Part shown: positions 38,994-49,185 of the stretch, in pieces
Layout: each line of letters starts with the position of its first letter
Position numbering within the stretch: the stretch's first letter is position 1
Source of the DNA: Sulfuricella sp.
Lineage (GTDB): Bacteria; Pseudomonadota; Gammaproteobacteria; Burkholderiales; Sulfuricellaceae
DNA length: 64,000 nt
Direction of reading: 5' to 3'
Assembly (NCBI GenBank): GCA_023266195.1
Contig: JAHFRP010000002.1
Coordinates: 154,779-218,778, forward strand
Program-made: the position numbers and the translations under genes
Notes under the pieces: generated by a model
The model's database searches: none
Told to the model about the DNA's origin: nothing
What the model saw: only the letters and a program-made list of their open reading frames with translations

Positions 38994-41315
38994 TCACACA
39001 AACAATTCCTCCGCCGGCATCGGCCGCGCGAAGCGATAGCCTTGCGCCTCGTCGCACTGCTGGCGCCGCAGTAGGGAAAGCTGGCGTTCGTCCTCGACGC
39101 CTTCGGCGATCGTCTTGAGGTTCAGGCTGCGGGCCATCTGGATGATGGCAAGGACGATGGCCGCATCGTTGGGGTTGTCGGCCATGTCGTGGACGAAGGA
39201 CTGGTCGATTTTCAGCTTGTCCACATTGAAGCGCGTGAGGTAGGAGAGGCTCGAATAGCCGGTGCCGAAATCGTCGATGGAAAGATTCACGCCGAGCGCC
39301 TTGAGCCGCTGCAACGTGGCCAGCACTTTTTCGGTGTCCTGAATCAGGATGGATTCGGTCAATTCGAGTTCGAGCAGGGCGGGGTCCAGCCCCGATTCGG
39401 TCAGCGCCTGCGTGACGCTCGTTTCCAGATTGCCGCGCTTGAATTGCACCGACGAGAGATTCACGGCGACGACCAGGTCGGGCAACCCGGCGCGCTGCCA
39501 TACGGCCGCCTGGCGGCACGCTTCGCGCAGCACCCAGTCGCCGATCGGCACGATGAACCCGCTGTCTTCGGCAATCGAGATGAAGCGCTTGGGCGGCACC
39601 ATGCCGAGTTCGGGGTGGTTCCAGCGGATCAGCGCCTCGGCGCCGATCACGGCGCCGCTATCGAGGTTGACCTGCGGCTGGTAGAGCAGTGCGAATTCGC
39701 CCATCTGCACCGCCTGCCGCAGCCCATTGCGCATGTACAGATGTTCGATGGCGTCGGCATTCATCTGCTCGGTGTGGAAGCGGTAAGTGTTCCGCCCCGC
39801 GCCCTTGGCCTGGTACATGGCCGTATCGGCCTTCTTGAGCAGAGTGTCGAAGTCGTCGCCGTCGTCCGGATAAACCGCGATGCCGATCGACAGGGAGGTG
39901 GACAATTCATAATTGTCGATGCCGAACGTTTCGCCCATGCGCTCCAGAATCTTTTCGGATACTTCGATGATGGCCTCGTTGCCGCCCACGTCGGGCAGCA
40001 CGACCAGAAACTCGTCCCCACCCTGCCGGCTCAGCGTATCGGAGTCGCGCAGGCATTCGCGCAACCGCGCCGCAACCCCCTTGAGCAGGGCGTCGCCGAC
40101 GATGTGGCCGAGCGAATCGTTGATGGTCTTGAAATTGTCGAGATCGAGAAACAACAGCGCGGTCTTGGTGCCGACGCGCTCGGCCGCCGAGATGGCCAGT
40201 TCCACACGGTCCTTGGTCAGCAGGCGGTTCGGCAGTTCGGTCAGCGCGTCGTGGTAGGCCAGGAACTCGATCCGGGCTTCGGCCGCCTTGCGTGCGGTGA
40301 CATCCCTGGTTACGCCGACTAGGGCATAAGCCTTGCCTTCCGTGTCCCGCAGCGGCGTCGCGTGGGTTTCCAGCCAGCGCCGCGTGCCGCGCTTGCCAAT
40401 AATCGGGAATTCGAGCATGCCGGTCTCGCCGGCGAAAACTCGCTGTTCCAACTCCAGGAAGGACGAACGATATTCCGGGTCGATAAACCGCGACAACCCG
40501 AATTGCTTGGCCTCTTCGAGCGAGTCGACTTCCAGCATGGCCAGGCCGGCGCGGTTCATCTGCAACAGCCGGCCGTCGAGGGCAAGGACTTTCACGCACT
40601 CCGGCTCGTTTTCCAGAATGGCGTCCAGGAATTCCTTCTGTTCCTTCAACGCCTGTTCGGATCGTCTGCGTTCGGAAATGTCGCAGTGCGTGCCGATCAT
40701 GCGTAGCGGGCGGCCATCCTCGGTGCGGCTGACCACCATGCCGCGGGCGAGTATCCATTTCCAGCTGCCGTCCTTGCACAACACGCGGTACTCGCTGGCG
40801 TAGCCGGGCGCGCTGCCGTCGAAATGCGCCTGCAGGTCCGCCATGACGCGCGGCAGATCCTGCGGGTGGACGCGTTTATTCCACTCGTCGAGATGGCCGC
40901 CGATCTCGTTTTCGGCGAACCCGAGCATCTCCTTCCAGCGCCTGGAAAAATTCACTTCGCCGCTCTGCACGTTCCAGTCCCACACGCCGTCGCCCGAGCC
41001 TTCCAGTGCGAATTTCCAGCGCTCCTCGCTTTTCTGCAGTTTGGCCCTCTTCGCTGCGAGGATATTCAGGTAGTGGCGGAGCAGCGAAGCCAGCAGCAGC
41101 GAGGTCACGATCACGAACAGCCAGCCCTTGACGGTGCTGATGCGGGCGATGGTGGCCGGATCGCTGAACAGGAGCGATACCAACTGGTCGGATACGATTA
41201 TCCACAGCGCCGAAAAGCCGGCGTAGGAAAGGACGATCTTGGAAACGGTTCCGGCCACGAAGCGATCTGGAGAAACGATGGAATGTCTCGAGTGCCGGTC
41301 GATTGATGAGCTCAT
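38994..41315 (-). CDS. Membrane PAS-PAS-GGDEF-EAL protein
   Basis: Two N-terminal TM, two PAS/PAC, RQGGDEF, AEALIRW, DDFGTGYSSL; start set at ATG 41315 because the longer ORF begins inside a REP. Confidence 0.92.
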   Translation of the reverse strand: MSSSIDRHSRHSIVSPDRFVAGTVSKIVLSYAGFSALWIIVSDQLVSLLFSDPATIARISTVKGWLFVIVTSLLLASLLRHYLNILAAKRAKLQKSEERWKFALEGSGDGVWDWNVQSGEVNFSRRWKEMLGFAENEIGGHLDEWNKRVHPQDLPRVMADLQAHFDGSAPGYASEYRVLCKDGSWKWILARGMVVSRTEDGRPLRMIGTHCDISERRRSEQALKEQKEFLDAILENEPECVKVLALDGRLLQMNRAGLAMLEVDSLEEAKQFGLSRFIDPEYRSSFLELEQRVFAGETGMLEFPIIGKRGTRRWLETHATPLRDTEGKAYALVGVTRDVTARKAAEARIEFLAYHDALTELPNRLLTKDRVELAISAAERVGTKTALLFLDLDNFKTINDSLGHIVGDALLKGVAARLRECLRDSDTLSRQGGDEFLVVLPDVGGNEAIIEVSEKILERMGETFGIDNYELSTSLSIGIAVYPDDGDDFDTLLKKADTAMYQAKGAGRNTYRFHTEQMNADAIEHLYMRNGLRQAVQMGEFALLYQPQVNLDSGAVIGAEALIRWNHPELGMVPPKRFISIAEDSGFIVPIGDWVLREACRQAAVWQRAGLPDLVVAVNLSSVQFKRGNLETSVTQALTESGLDPALLELELTESILIQDTEKVLATLQRLKALGVNLSIDDFGTGYSSLSYLTRFNVDKLKIDQSFVHDMADNPNDAAIVLAIIQMARSLNLKTIAEGVEDERQLSLLRRQQCDEAQGYRFARPMPAEELFV

Positions 41316-41342
41316 CACAGCCTGCTGTCCGATTTTCCCCTT

Positions 41343-41397
41343 GTGCGAATTCACCCGCACGAAATCCATTTGCTTGTGCGAATGAATTCGCACCTAC
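41343..41397. repeat. REP doublet, family A (left arm decayed)
   Basis: 41376-41397 identical to 5311-5332; left arm gtgcgaattcacccgcac lacks the GTAG end. Confidence 0.85.
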
Positions 41398-41599
41398 AAC
41401 CGCCATCGACCGCGGTTCAGGGTCGTGGGTTGCAGAGCAAGCGCTGTTTGGTTTGACAGACAGGAGGTGTAAATAGTTTTGCGTATGCGCCATTTTCGAC
41501 GATGGCACTACGAAAGCGCATCGCGGGAACCTTTGTTTCGCAAGGCATTAAACCGAAGTTTCGGTATAATGCGGTCGAATAAGGTATATTTCAACAATT

Positions 41600-41628
41600 A
41601 GCTTATGTAAGATATCTTATATAAGATA
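41600..41628. promoter_or_regulatory. Palindromic operator TATCTTATATAAGATA with adjacent partial copy
   Basis: Perfect 16-bp palindrome 41613-41628 and CTTATGTAAG at 41602-41611, 51 nt before the GntR gene. Confidence 0.7.
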
Positions 41629-41679
41629 GTGGACTAATCCAGTTGATCGTGCTACGTTAACAATAAAGGCAAGCAGACC

Positions 41680-42414
41680 ATGACCAAATCGCATTCGACA
41701 CCAACTTTCCGGCCGCTCTACGAGCAGATCAAGATATTGATCACACAAAGCCTCGTAGCCGGCGAGTGGCGTCCGGGCGAGGTGATCCCCAGCGAGCTGG
41801 AACTGGCCAATCGCTTCAAGGTGAGCCAGGGGACGGTGCGCAAGGCGATCGACGCGCTGGCGGCGGAGAACATCCTGGTGCGGCGCCAGGGCAAGGGCAC
41901 GTTCGTGGCCACCCATACCGAGGAGCATACCCAGTACCGCTTTCTGCGCATCGTCGAGTTGAGCGGCAAGAAGGAAGTGCCCGTCAACGAAGTGCTCTAC
42001 TGCGAGCGCGGCAAGGCGGACAGCACCGCCGCCGAGCGGTTGGGGCTGAAACGCGGAGCGCCGATCGTGATGGTGCGCCGCCTGCTCAAATTTTCGGGCG
42101 AGCCGCTGATCCTGGACGACATCTACCTGTCGGCCACCTTGTTCAAGGGGATGAGCGAGGCCCTGATCAACGAATTCGACGGCACGCTCTACAGCCTTTA
42201 CGAATCGCGCTACGGCACGCGGATCATCCGCGCCGAGGAGCGGATACAGGCGATAGCGGCGGACGAAACGGCGGCGAAGCTGCTCGGCGTCGCACCGGAT
42301 TCGCCGCTGCTGGACATCGACCGGGTCGCCTACACTTATAGCGACCAGCCGGTGGAGTGGCGCGTGAGCCGCTGCAACACTACGCGGCATTGCTATCTTA
42401 ACGAATTGGGCTAG
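41680..42414 (+). CDS. GntR-family (HutC/UTRA) regulator of the TCA cluster, SdhR-like
   Basis: PLYEQIK, PSELEL, VSQGTVRKAI, RRQGKGTFV, C-terminal UTRA; upstream of sdh operon. Confidence 0.9.
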   Translation: MTKSHSTPTFRPLYEQIKILITQSLVAGEWRPGEVIPSELELANRFKVSQGTVRKAIDALAAENILVRRQGKGTFVATHTEEHTQYRFLRIVELSGKKEVPVNEVLYCERGKADSTAAERLGLKRGAPIVMVRRLLKFSGEPLILDDIYLSATLFKGMSEALINEFDGTLYSLYESRYGTRIIRAEERIQAIAADETAAKLLGVAPDSPLLDIDRVAYTYSDQPVEWRVSRCNTTRHCYLNELG

Positions 42415-42444
42415 CCGTCAGTCACGTTGCACAGGGATGCTTGA

Positions 42445-42483
42445 CTGACGGCTTTCCCCTTTGAAAAAGGGGGAATGCCCTTG
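42445..42483. repeat. Collapsed CCCCTTTGAAAAAGGGG element
   Basis: ctgacggctttcccctttgaaaaagggggaatgcccttg equals the two ends of 43808-43921 joined. Confidence 0.75.
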
Positions 42484-42557
42484 CTTTAATATTGGCTGAC
42501 CGTTAGCCCGGATTTTGCTACGTTCCATCCGGGCGACACGGACTCAAGGACTCGTCA

Positions 42558-43757
42558 ATGAACAGTCTCAAGCAACAAGCGCTCGACTATCACGAGTTTC
42601 CCAAGCCGGGGAAAATCTCGGTCGAGTCTTCCAAACCCTGTGCCACGGCGCTGGACCTCTCTCTCGCCTACACCCCCGGCGTGGCCGCGCCGGTGCGCGA
42701 AATCGCCGACAATCCGGAAAACGCCTACCGCTACACCAACAAGGGCAACCTGGTCGCGGTCATTACCGACGGCACCGCCATTCTCGGCCTGGGCAACCTG
42801 GGGCCGTTGGCGAGCAAGCCGGTGATGGAAGGGAAGGGCATCCTGTTCAAGCGCTTCGCCGGGATCGACGTGTTCGATATCGAAGTCAATGCGCCCAGCG
42901 TCGAGTCCTTCATCGAAACCGTGGTCAATATTTCGCCCACCTTCGGCGGCATCAACCTTGAAGATATCGCCGCACCACATTGTTTCGAAATAGAAAAGGC
43001 ACTCAAAGAACGCCTCGACATCCCAGTCTTCCACGACGACCAGCACGGCACCGCGGTGATCATCTGCGCCGGCCTGCTCAACGCACTGGAAATCCAGGGC
43101 AAGAAACTGGAAGAGGCGAAACTGGTCTGCCTTGGCGCCGGCGCGGCAGGCCTCGCGGGAATGCGGCTGCTGATTTCGATGGGCGCGAAAAAGGAAAACA
43201 TGACCCTGGTGGACAGCAGGGGCGTGATCCATTCCGGCCGCAACGACCTCAACGCCTATAAGCAGGAATTCGCCAAGGACACGCCGATGCGCACCCTGTC
43301 CGACGCCATGGGCGGCGCGGACGTATTCATCGGCGTTTCCGGCCCCGATCTGGTCAGCCGCGACATGATCGCCGGCATGGCGGCCAGGCCCATTGTGTTC
43401 GCCATGGCCAATCCCGACCCGGAAATCCTTCCCGAGGAAGCGCACGCCGCGCGCGACGACCTGATCATGGCCACCGGCCGTTCCGACTTCCCCAACCAGG
43501 TCAACAACGTGCTGGGGTTCCCTTTCATTTTTCGCGGCGCGCTCGATGCGCGCGCAAAGAGCATTACCGAGAAGATGCTGATCGCGGCGGTCAAGGCTTT
43601 GGCCGAACTGGCGCGCGAACCGGTGCCGGAAGAGGTGCTCGCGGCCTACGGCGTGACGGAAATGGCCTTCGGCAAGGAATACATCCTGCCCAAGCCGTTC
43701 GATCCCAGGTTGATCGAGCGGATTCCGCAGGCGGTGGCCAGGGCGGCGTTGATGTGA
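42558..43757 (+). CDS. Malic enzyme, short form without PTA-like domain
   Basis: 399 aa; LSLAYTPGVA, TDGTAILGLG, INLEDI, HDDQHGTA, GAGAAG, ANPDPEI, QVNNVLGFP. Confidence 0.93.
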   Translation: MNSLKQQALDYHEFPKPGKISVESSKPCATALDLSLAYTPGVAAPVREIADNPENAYRYTNKGNLVAVITDGTAILGLGNLGPLASKPVMEGKGILFKRFAGIDVFDIEVNAPSVESFIETVVNISPTFGGINLEDIAAPHCFEIEKALKERLDIPVFHDDQHGTAVIICAGLLNALEIQGKKLEEAKLVCLGAGAAGLAGMRLLISMGAKKENMTLVDSRGVIHSGRNDLNAYKQEFAKDTPMRTLSDAMGGADVFIGVSGPDLVSRDMIAGMAARPIVFAMANPDPEILPEEAHAARDDLIMATGRSDFPNQVNNVLGFPFIFRGALDARAKSITEKMLIAAVKALAELAREPVPEEVLAAYGVTEMAFGKEYILPKPFDPRLIERIPQAVARAALM

Positions 43758-43807
43758 ATTTCCTCGCCTTCAAAGAGGAGGGCTAGTTGTCACAGGATGC
43801 GGCAAGG

Positions 43808-43921
43808 CTGACGGCCTCCCCCTTTGAAAAAGGGGGATTGAGGGGGATTTGACGGTGGTGGCTTTTGTGACGTTCCTAAATCCCCCCTAACCCCCCTTTT
43901 TCAAAGGGGGGAATGCCCTTG
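43808..43921. repeat. CCCCCTTTGAAAAAGGGGGATTGAGGGGGATTT inverted-repeat element
   Basis: 33-bp arms 43818-43850 and 43878-43910, 30/33 inverted match. Confidence 0.85.
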
Positions 43922-43965
43922 ACTGACTACTGGGGTGGGGATGGGGTAAGCATGTGGGTGAAGAT

Positions 43966-44015
43966 TTGGGTTTGTTGGGTTGCGGCGCAAAAAACGCGCC
44001 TAACCCAACCTACAT
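43966..44015. repeat. REP family D, single arm
   Basis: Reverse complement begins ATGTAGGTTGGGTTAGGCGCG...CGCCGCAACCCAAC; matches parts of 17388-17499. Confidence 0.7.
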
Positions 44016-44030
44016 GTTGGCACCATGAAA

Positions 44031-44060
44031 TATCGGCGTTTATCGCGGTTATCGGCGGTT
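44031..44060. repeat. About 10-mer periodic repeat (TATCGGCGTT-type) x3
   Basis: tatcggcgtt-tatcgcggt-tatcggcggtt before sdhC. Confidence 0.5.
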
Positions 44061-44091
44061 AAACGAATTTCGTAGGTTTATCGGAGGCAAC

Positions 44092-44466
44092 ATGGTGGTG
44101 AAGCGCCCGAAATACCTGAACCTGCTCAGGATCAAACTGCCTCTGCCGGGCGTGGTTTCGTTTTTTCACCGGGTGAGCGGCGCGCTGTTGTTCGCGGCGG
44201 TTCCCCTGTTCCTCGCGGTGCTCAATCAGACGCTCGTTTCCAAAGCCTCTTTCGAAACCGTGCGGCAGGGTTTCGCCCATCCGCTGGTCAAGCTGCTGCT
44301 GGTCTGGCTGCTGTGGAGTTTCCTTCATCATTTCTTCGCCGGATTGCGCTTCCTGGCGATGGACCTGGAACTCGGCCTGGATCTCGATAAAACCCGGAGA
44401 AACAGCCGGCTGGTGCTGATTTTCAGCCTTGGGCTCACCGGCGCGATCGGAGGCTGGCTATGGTAG
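44092..44466 (+). CDS. sdhC: Succinate dehydrogenase cytochrome b subunit
   Basis: [25 protein letters not shown]. Confidence 0.95.
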   Translation: MVVKRPKYLNLLRIKLPLPGVVSFFHRVSGALLFAAVPLFLAVLNQTLVSKASFETVRQGFAHPLVKLLLVWLLWSFLHHFFAGLRFLAMDLELGLDLDKTRRNSRLVLIFSLGLTGAIGGWLW

Positions 44467-44810
44467 AACGCATCGTGACGGGGGCGCATTACGGCCTGCG
44501 CGACTGGCTGATGCAGCGCGTGACCGCAGTGGTGATGGCGCTTTACACGCTGTTTCTCGTGGCTTTCCTGTTGAGCCACCAGCCGCTGCAATTCGCGGAC
44601 TGGAGCGGCCTTTTCCACCACCCGTGGATGCGCCTGGCCAGCCTGCTGTTTCTGCTCAGCCTGTATCTTCATGCCTGGGTCGGCGTCAGGAATATCCTGA
44701 TGGATTACGTTCATTCCACCGCGCTCAGGCTGACGGCCGAAGTGCTGGTCATCCTGATGCTGGTCGCCTACGCGGCGTGGTCGGGGCAAATTCTCTGGGG
44801 GCTGCAATGA
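44460..44810 (+). CDS. sdhD: Succinate dehydrogenase membrane anchor
   Basis: [26 protein letters not shown]. Confidence 0.95.
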   Translation: MVERIVTGAHYGLRDWLMQRVTAVVMALYTLFLVAFLLSHQPLQFADWSGLFHHPWMRLASLLFLLSLYLHAWVGVRNILMDYVHSTALRLTAEVLVILMLVAYAAWSGQILWGLQ

Positions 44811-46570
44811 GTTTGGCTAAACGCACGTTCGATGCGGTGATCATCGGCGGCGGCGGAGCGGGACTGCGCGCCGCGCTGCAATTGGCCCAGGCCGACCTCA
44901 AGGTGGCGGTGGTGTCCAAGGTGTTCCCGACCCGCTCCCACACGGTTTCAGCCCAGGGCGGCATCGCCGCCAGCCTCGGCAACGTCAACGAGGACAACTG
45001 GCACTGGCACATGTATGACACGGTGAAAGGCTCGGATTACCTGGGCGACCAGGACGCCATCGAGTTCATGTGCCGCCAGGCCAACGAGGCGGTGATCGAA
45101 CTGGAGCACTACGGCATGCCGTTCGACCGCCTGCCCAACGGCAAGATCTACCAGCGCCCGTTCGGCGGCATGACGCAGAATTACGGCGGCGCGCCGGTGA
45201 TGCGCACCTGCGCCGCGGCCGACCGCACCGGCCATGCCATGCTGCACACCTTGTACCAGCGCAACATCGCCGCCAAGACCCACTTTTTCGAGGAATATTT
45301 CGCGCTCGACCTGGTGATGGACGGGCAGGGCTACGCCTTGGGAGTGGTGGCGATGGGCATCGAGTCGGGCGAACCGATTTTCATCGAGGCCCGCGCCACG
45401 CTGATCGCCACCGGCGGGGCGGGGCGCATCTTTTCCGCCACCACCAATGCGTTGATCAATACCGGCGACGGCCTGGGCATGGCCCTGCGCGCCGGCATCC
45501 CGCTCGAAGACATGGAATTCTGGCAGTTCCACCCGACCGGCATCTACGGCGCCGGCGTGCTGGTGACCGAAGGCGTGCGCGGCGAGGGCGGCTACCTGGT
45601 CAACAAGAACGGCGAGCGCTTCATGGAGCGCTACGCACCCAATGCCAAGGACCTCGCCAGCCGCGACGTGGTGTCGCGCGCCATGGCGGTGGAAATCCAC
45701 GAGGGGCGCGGCTGCGGCAAGGACGGCGACCACGTCTACCTCAAGCTCGACCACCTCGGGCCGGACGTGATCAAGCAGCGCCTGCCGGGCATCCGCGAGC
45801 TGTCGTTGAAATTCGCCCACGTCGATCCGATCGAGGCGCCGATTCCCGTGGTGCCGACGGTGCATTACATGATGGGCGGCATTCCCGCCAATATGCAGGG
45901 CCAGGTGATCATGCCGACCCAGACCGGCCCGGAAGAGGCGGTGCCCGGCCTGTATGCCATCGGCGAGTGCGCCTGCGTGTCGGTGCATGGCGCCAACCGC
46001 CTGGGCAGCAATTCCCTGCTCGACCTGATCGTGTTCGGGCGTGCCGCCGGCAACCATGTGATCGAATATCTCAAGGAAAACCCGTTCTCCCGGCCGGTGC
46101 CGAAAGAAGCGCTGGAGCGGCCCATGGCGCGGCTCAGCCGCTGGGACGAAAAGCGCGACGGCATCACGGTGGACGCGCTGCGCGAGGAAATGCGCAAGAC
46201 CATGCAACGGCATTGCGGCGTGTTTCGCACCGAGGAAGTGTTGCAGGAAGGCGTGCGGCAGATGCGGGAAATCGCCGCGAAATTACCCGACGTGGCGTTG
46301 CGCGACCAGAGCAAAGTCTACAACACCGGCCGGATCGAGGCGCTGGAGCTGGAAAACCTGATGGCCGTGGCGCTGGCGACCATGACCGCCGCCGCCGCCC
46401 GCAAGGAAAGCCGGGGCGCCCACGCGCGCGACGACTACCCGCAGCGCGACGACAGCAACTGGCTCAAGCATTCCCTGTATTTCAGCGAGGGCAGCCACCT
46501 CGACTACAAGCCGGTGCGGCTGAAACCGTTGACGGTCGAGACGTTCAAGCCGAAGCCGAGGGTTTATTGA
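44807..46570 (+). CDS. sdhA: Succinate dehydrogenase flavoprotein
   Basis: [16 protein letters not shown] (FAD His), QFHPTG, HGANRLG; start at ATG 44807 (587 aa). Confidence 0.97.
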   Translation: MSLAKRTFDAVIIGGGGAGLRAALQLAQADLKVAVVSKVFPTRSHTVSAQGGIAASLGNVNEDNWHWHMYDTVKGSDYLGDQDAIEFMCRQANEAVIELEHYGMPFDRLPNGKIYQRPFGGMTQNYGGAPVMRTCAAADRTGHAMLHTLYQRNIAAKTHFFEEYFALDLVMDGQGYALGVVAMGIESGEPIFIEARATLIATGGAGRIFSATTNALINTGDGLGMALRAGIPLEDMEFWQFHPTGIYGAGVLVTEGVRGEGGYLVNKNGERFMERYAPNAKDLASRDVVSRAMAVEIHEGRGCGKDGDHVYLKLDHLGPDVIKQRLPGIRELSLKFAHVDPIEAPIPVVPTVHYMMGGIPANMQGQVIMPTQTGPEEAVPGLYAIGECACVSVHGANRLGSNSLLDLIVFGRAAGNHVIEYLKENPFSRPVPKEALERPMARLSRWDEKRDGITVDALREEMRKTMQRHCGVFRTEEVLQEGVRQMREIAAKLPDVALRDQSKVYNTGRIEALELENLMAVALATMTAAAARKESRGAHARDDYPQRDDSNWLKHSLYFSEGSHLDYKPVRLKPLTVETFKPKPRVY

Positions 46571-46576
46571 GTTGGA

Positions 46577-46656
46577 AGTGAAGAGTCAGGAGTCGGGAGT
46601 GAAGAGTTAGGTGCGGTCTACTCCTCACTCCTAACTCTTCGCTCCTGACTTTACTC
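46577..46656. repeat. Heptamer-periodic inverted repeat (GAGTNAG family)
   Basis: Same family as 7303-7387; fills the sdhA-sdhB gap. Confidence 0.8.
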
Positions 46657-46667
46657 TGGAGAGTGAA

Positions 46668-47363
46668 ATGCGTTTTTCGATTTACCGCTACAACCCGGAA
46701 ACCGATGCCAAGCCGGCCATGCGGGACTACGAGCTGGATATCGAGGCAGGCGACATGATGCTGCTGGACGCCATCCTGCTGCTCAAGGCGCAGGACGAAA
46801 CCCTGAGCGTGCGCCGCTCCTGCCGCGAGGGGGTGTGCGGATCGGACGCGATGAACATCAACGGCCGCAACGGCCTGGCCTGCATCACGCCACTGTCCGG
46901 ACTCAAGCAGCCGATCGAACTGCGTCCCTTGCCCGGCCTGCCGGTGGTGCGCGATCTGGTGGTGGACCTGAGCCAGTTCTACAAGCAGTACCGGTCGATC
47001 AAGCCCTACCTGATCAACAACGAACCCGAGCCGGAGATCGAGCGTCTGCAAGCGCCGGAGGAGCGCGAGAAGCTGGATGGCCTGTACGAGTGCATCCTGT
47101 GCGCCTGCTGCTCCACCTCCTGCCCATCGTTCTGGTGGAATCCGGACAAATTCGTCGGGCCGGCCGGACTGTTGCAGGCGTACCGCTTCATCGTCGATAC
47201 CCGCGACCAGGCCACCGACGAACGGCTGGATTACCTGGAGGATCCGTACCGCCTGTTCCGCTGCCACAGCATCATGAATTGCGTGGATGTGTGCCCGAAA
47301 GGGCTGAACCCGACACGGGCGATCGGCCGGATCAAGGATATGCTGGTCAAGCGCACGGTATGA
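46668..47363 (+). CDS. sdhB: Succinate dehydrogenase iron-sulfur subunit
   Basis: SCREGVCGSD, CILCACCSTSCP, CHSIMNCVDVCP. Confidence 0.97.
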   Translation: MRFSIYRYNPETDAKPAMRDYELDIEAGDMMLLDAILLLKAQDETLSVRRSCREGVCGSDAMNINGRNGLACITPLSGLKQPIELRPLPGLPVVRDLVVDLSQFYKQYRSIKPYLINNEPEPEIERLQAPEEREKLDGLYECILCACCSTSCPSFWWNPDKFVGPAGLLQAYRFIVDTRDQATDERLDYLEDPYRLFRCHSIMNCVDVCPKGLNPTRAIGRIKDMLVKRTV

Positions 47364-47584
47364 ACGACCGTATCCGCTGGGATTGCCGGCGCGGCATGCT
47401 GGAACTCGACATCGTTCTGGCGCGCTTTCTGGAGGGGGAGTTCGCGCGGCTTACGCCGCGGGAAACAGAGGCGTTCAAGCGGTTGCTGGCTTATCCGGAC
47501 CACGATTTGTGGGGAATGATCCAGGACGGCGAAACGAACGAGGATGCCGATATCCAACGGGTACTGCAATTGTTGAGAAGCTGA
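47360..47584 (+). CDS. sdhE: FAD assembly factor
   Basis: 74 aa; WDCRRGMLELD; ATG overlaps sdhB stop. Confidence 0.92.
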   Translation: MNDRIRWDCRRGMLELDIVLARFLEGEFARLTPRETEAFKRLLAYPDHDLWGMIQDGETNEDADIQRVLQLLRS

Positions 47585-47589
47585 TTGAA

Positions 47590-47665
47590 AGTTTTCAGTT
47601 TCCAGTCCAACCCCCACTGGTTTGCCTGGCCGTTACTGATAACTGACGACTGACAACTGATAACT
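47590..47665. repeat. Heptamer-periodic inverted repeat (ACTGANA)
   Basis: agttttc-agtttcc-agt ... actgata-actgacg-actgaca-actgata-act. Confidence 0.7.
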
Positions 47666-47679
47666 AAAGGAAAACTGCC

Positions 47680-48969
47680 ATGAGCGAACGCAAGGCTTAT
47701 CTGAAAATCGACGGCGGCGACGAGATCGAGTTGCCCATCCTTTCCGGCACGCTGGGCCCGGATGTGATCGACATCCGCAACCTGGGCAAGCACGGGGTGT
47801 TCACCTACGACCCCGGCTTCATGTCCACCGGCAGTTGCAGCTCGAAGATCACTTTCATCGACGGCGACGAAGGCATCCTGCTCTACCGCGGCTACCCGAT
47901 CGAGCAGCTGGCCGAGCAGGCGGACTTCATCGAGGTCTGCCATCTGCTCTATTACGGCGAGCTCCCCACGCAGGAGCAGAAGCAGGCGTTCGATAAGATC
48001 ATCCGCAACCACACCATGGTGCACGACCAGATCACCAACTTTTTCAAGGGCTTCCGCCGCGATGCTCATCCGATGGCGGTGATGGTGGGGGTGGTCGGCG
48101 CGCTGTCCGCCTTCTACCAGGATTCCAGCGTGGTGACCGACGTCCGCCACCGCGAGATTTCGGCCCACCGCCTGCTGGCCAAGGTGCCGACCATCGCGGC
48201 GATGAGCTACAAGTACAACATCGGACAGCCGTTCGCCTACCCGCGCAACTCGCTCTCGTATGCGGCGAATTTCCTGCACATGATGTTTTCCACCCCGTGC
48301 GAGGAATACGTGCCCAATCCGGTGCTGGTGCATGCGCTGGACCGTATTTTCACCCTCCATGCCGACCACGAACAGAATGCGTCCACCTCGACCGTGCGCC
48401 TGGCCGGATCGAGCGGCGCCAACCCCTTCGCCTGCATCGCGGCCGGCATCGCCTCGCTGTGGGGCCCGGCTCATGGCGGCGCGAACGAAGAGGTGTTGAA
48501 GCTGCTGGAGGAAATCGGCGACGTGTCCAATATCCCGAAATTCATCGCCCGCGCCAAGGACAAGAACGATCCCTTCCGCCTGATGGGCTTCGGCCACCGG
48601 GTGTACAAGAATTTCGATCCGCGCGCCAACCTGATGCGCGAAACCTGCCATGACGTGTTGAACGAGCTCGGCGCCCACGACGACCGGCTGTTCCAGATCG
48701 CGCTCGAACTGGAACGCATCGCGCTGGAAGACGATTATTTCATTTCCAAGAAGCTCTACCCCAACGTGGACTTCTATTCCGGCATCGTGCTGCGCGCCAT
48801 CGGCATCCCGACCAACATGTTTACCGCCATTTTCGCCATATCGCGCACCATCGGCTGGATCACCCAATGGAACGAGATGATTTCCGACCCGGAGCAGAAA
48901 ATCGGCCGCCCGCGCCAATTGTTCCTGGGGCCGGAAAAAAGGGAATTCGTGCCGATGGCGCAGCGTTAA
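47680..48969 (+). CDS. gltA: Citrate synthase (type II)
   Basis: [33 protein letters not shown]. Confidence 0.97.
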   Translation: MSERKAYLKIDGGDEIELPILSGTLGPDVIDIRNLGKHGVFTYDPGFMSTGSCSSKITFIDGDEGILLYRGYPIEQLAEQADFIEVCHLLYYGELPTQEQKQAFDKIIRNHTMVHDQITNFFKGFRRDAHPMAVMVGVVGALSAFYQDSSVVTDVRHREISAHRLLAKVPTIAAMSYKYNIGQPFAYPRNSLSYAANFLHMMFSTPCEEYVPNPVLVHALDRIFTLHADHEQNASTSTVRLAGSSGANPFACIAAGIASLWGPAHGGANEEVLKLLEEIGDVSNIPKFIARAKDKNDPFRLMGFGHRVYKNFDPRANLMRETCHDVLNELGAHDDRLFQIALELERIALEDDYFISKKLYPNVDFYSGIVLRAIGIPTNMFTAIFAISRTIGWITQWNEMISDPEQKIGRPRQLFLGPEKREFVPMAQR

Positions 48970-48988
48970 ACCTTAAAACCGCAGATCA

Positions 48989-49131
48989 AGCCACAGAGAT
49001 CACAGAGAACACAGAGATGAAGCGGGTTTCTGAACATTTCCGCGCTCACCTGATGGGTGAGAACCGTAAGGCCGGCAACCTCTTGTTTTTCCTCTGTGAA
49101 CTCCGTGTTCTCTGTGGCTAAATGCTTTTTC
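48989..49131. repeat. CACAGAG/CTCTGTG nonamer-periodic inverted repeat, full copy
   Basis: agccacagagatcacagagaacacagag (48989-49016) vs ctctgtgaactccgtgttctctgtggct (49092-49119). Confidence 0.85.
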
Positions 49132-49185
49132 TAGGTTAAATTACTCTAAACGCTACGCTCGAAAACACACTATTCGGAGGAGAAC

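Noticed and set aside
41316-41393. Longer start for the GGDEF-EAL gene
   Set aside because: The start lies inside a REP arm; ATG 41315 is more plausible
41400-41600. Remnant of mdh upstream of gntR
   Set aside because: No MDH-like motif (such as VAVTGAAG) recognised by eye on either strand
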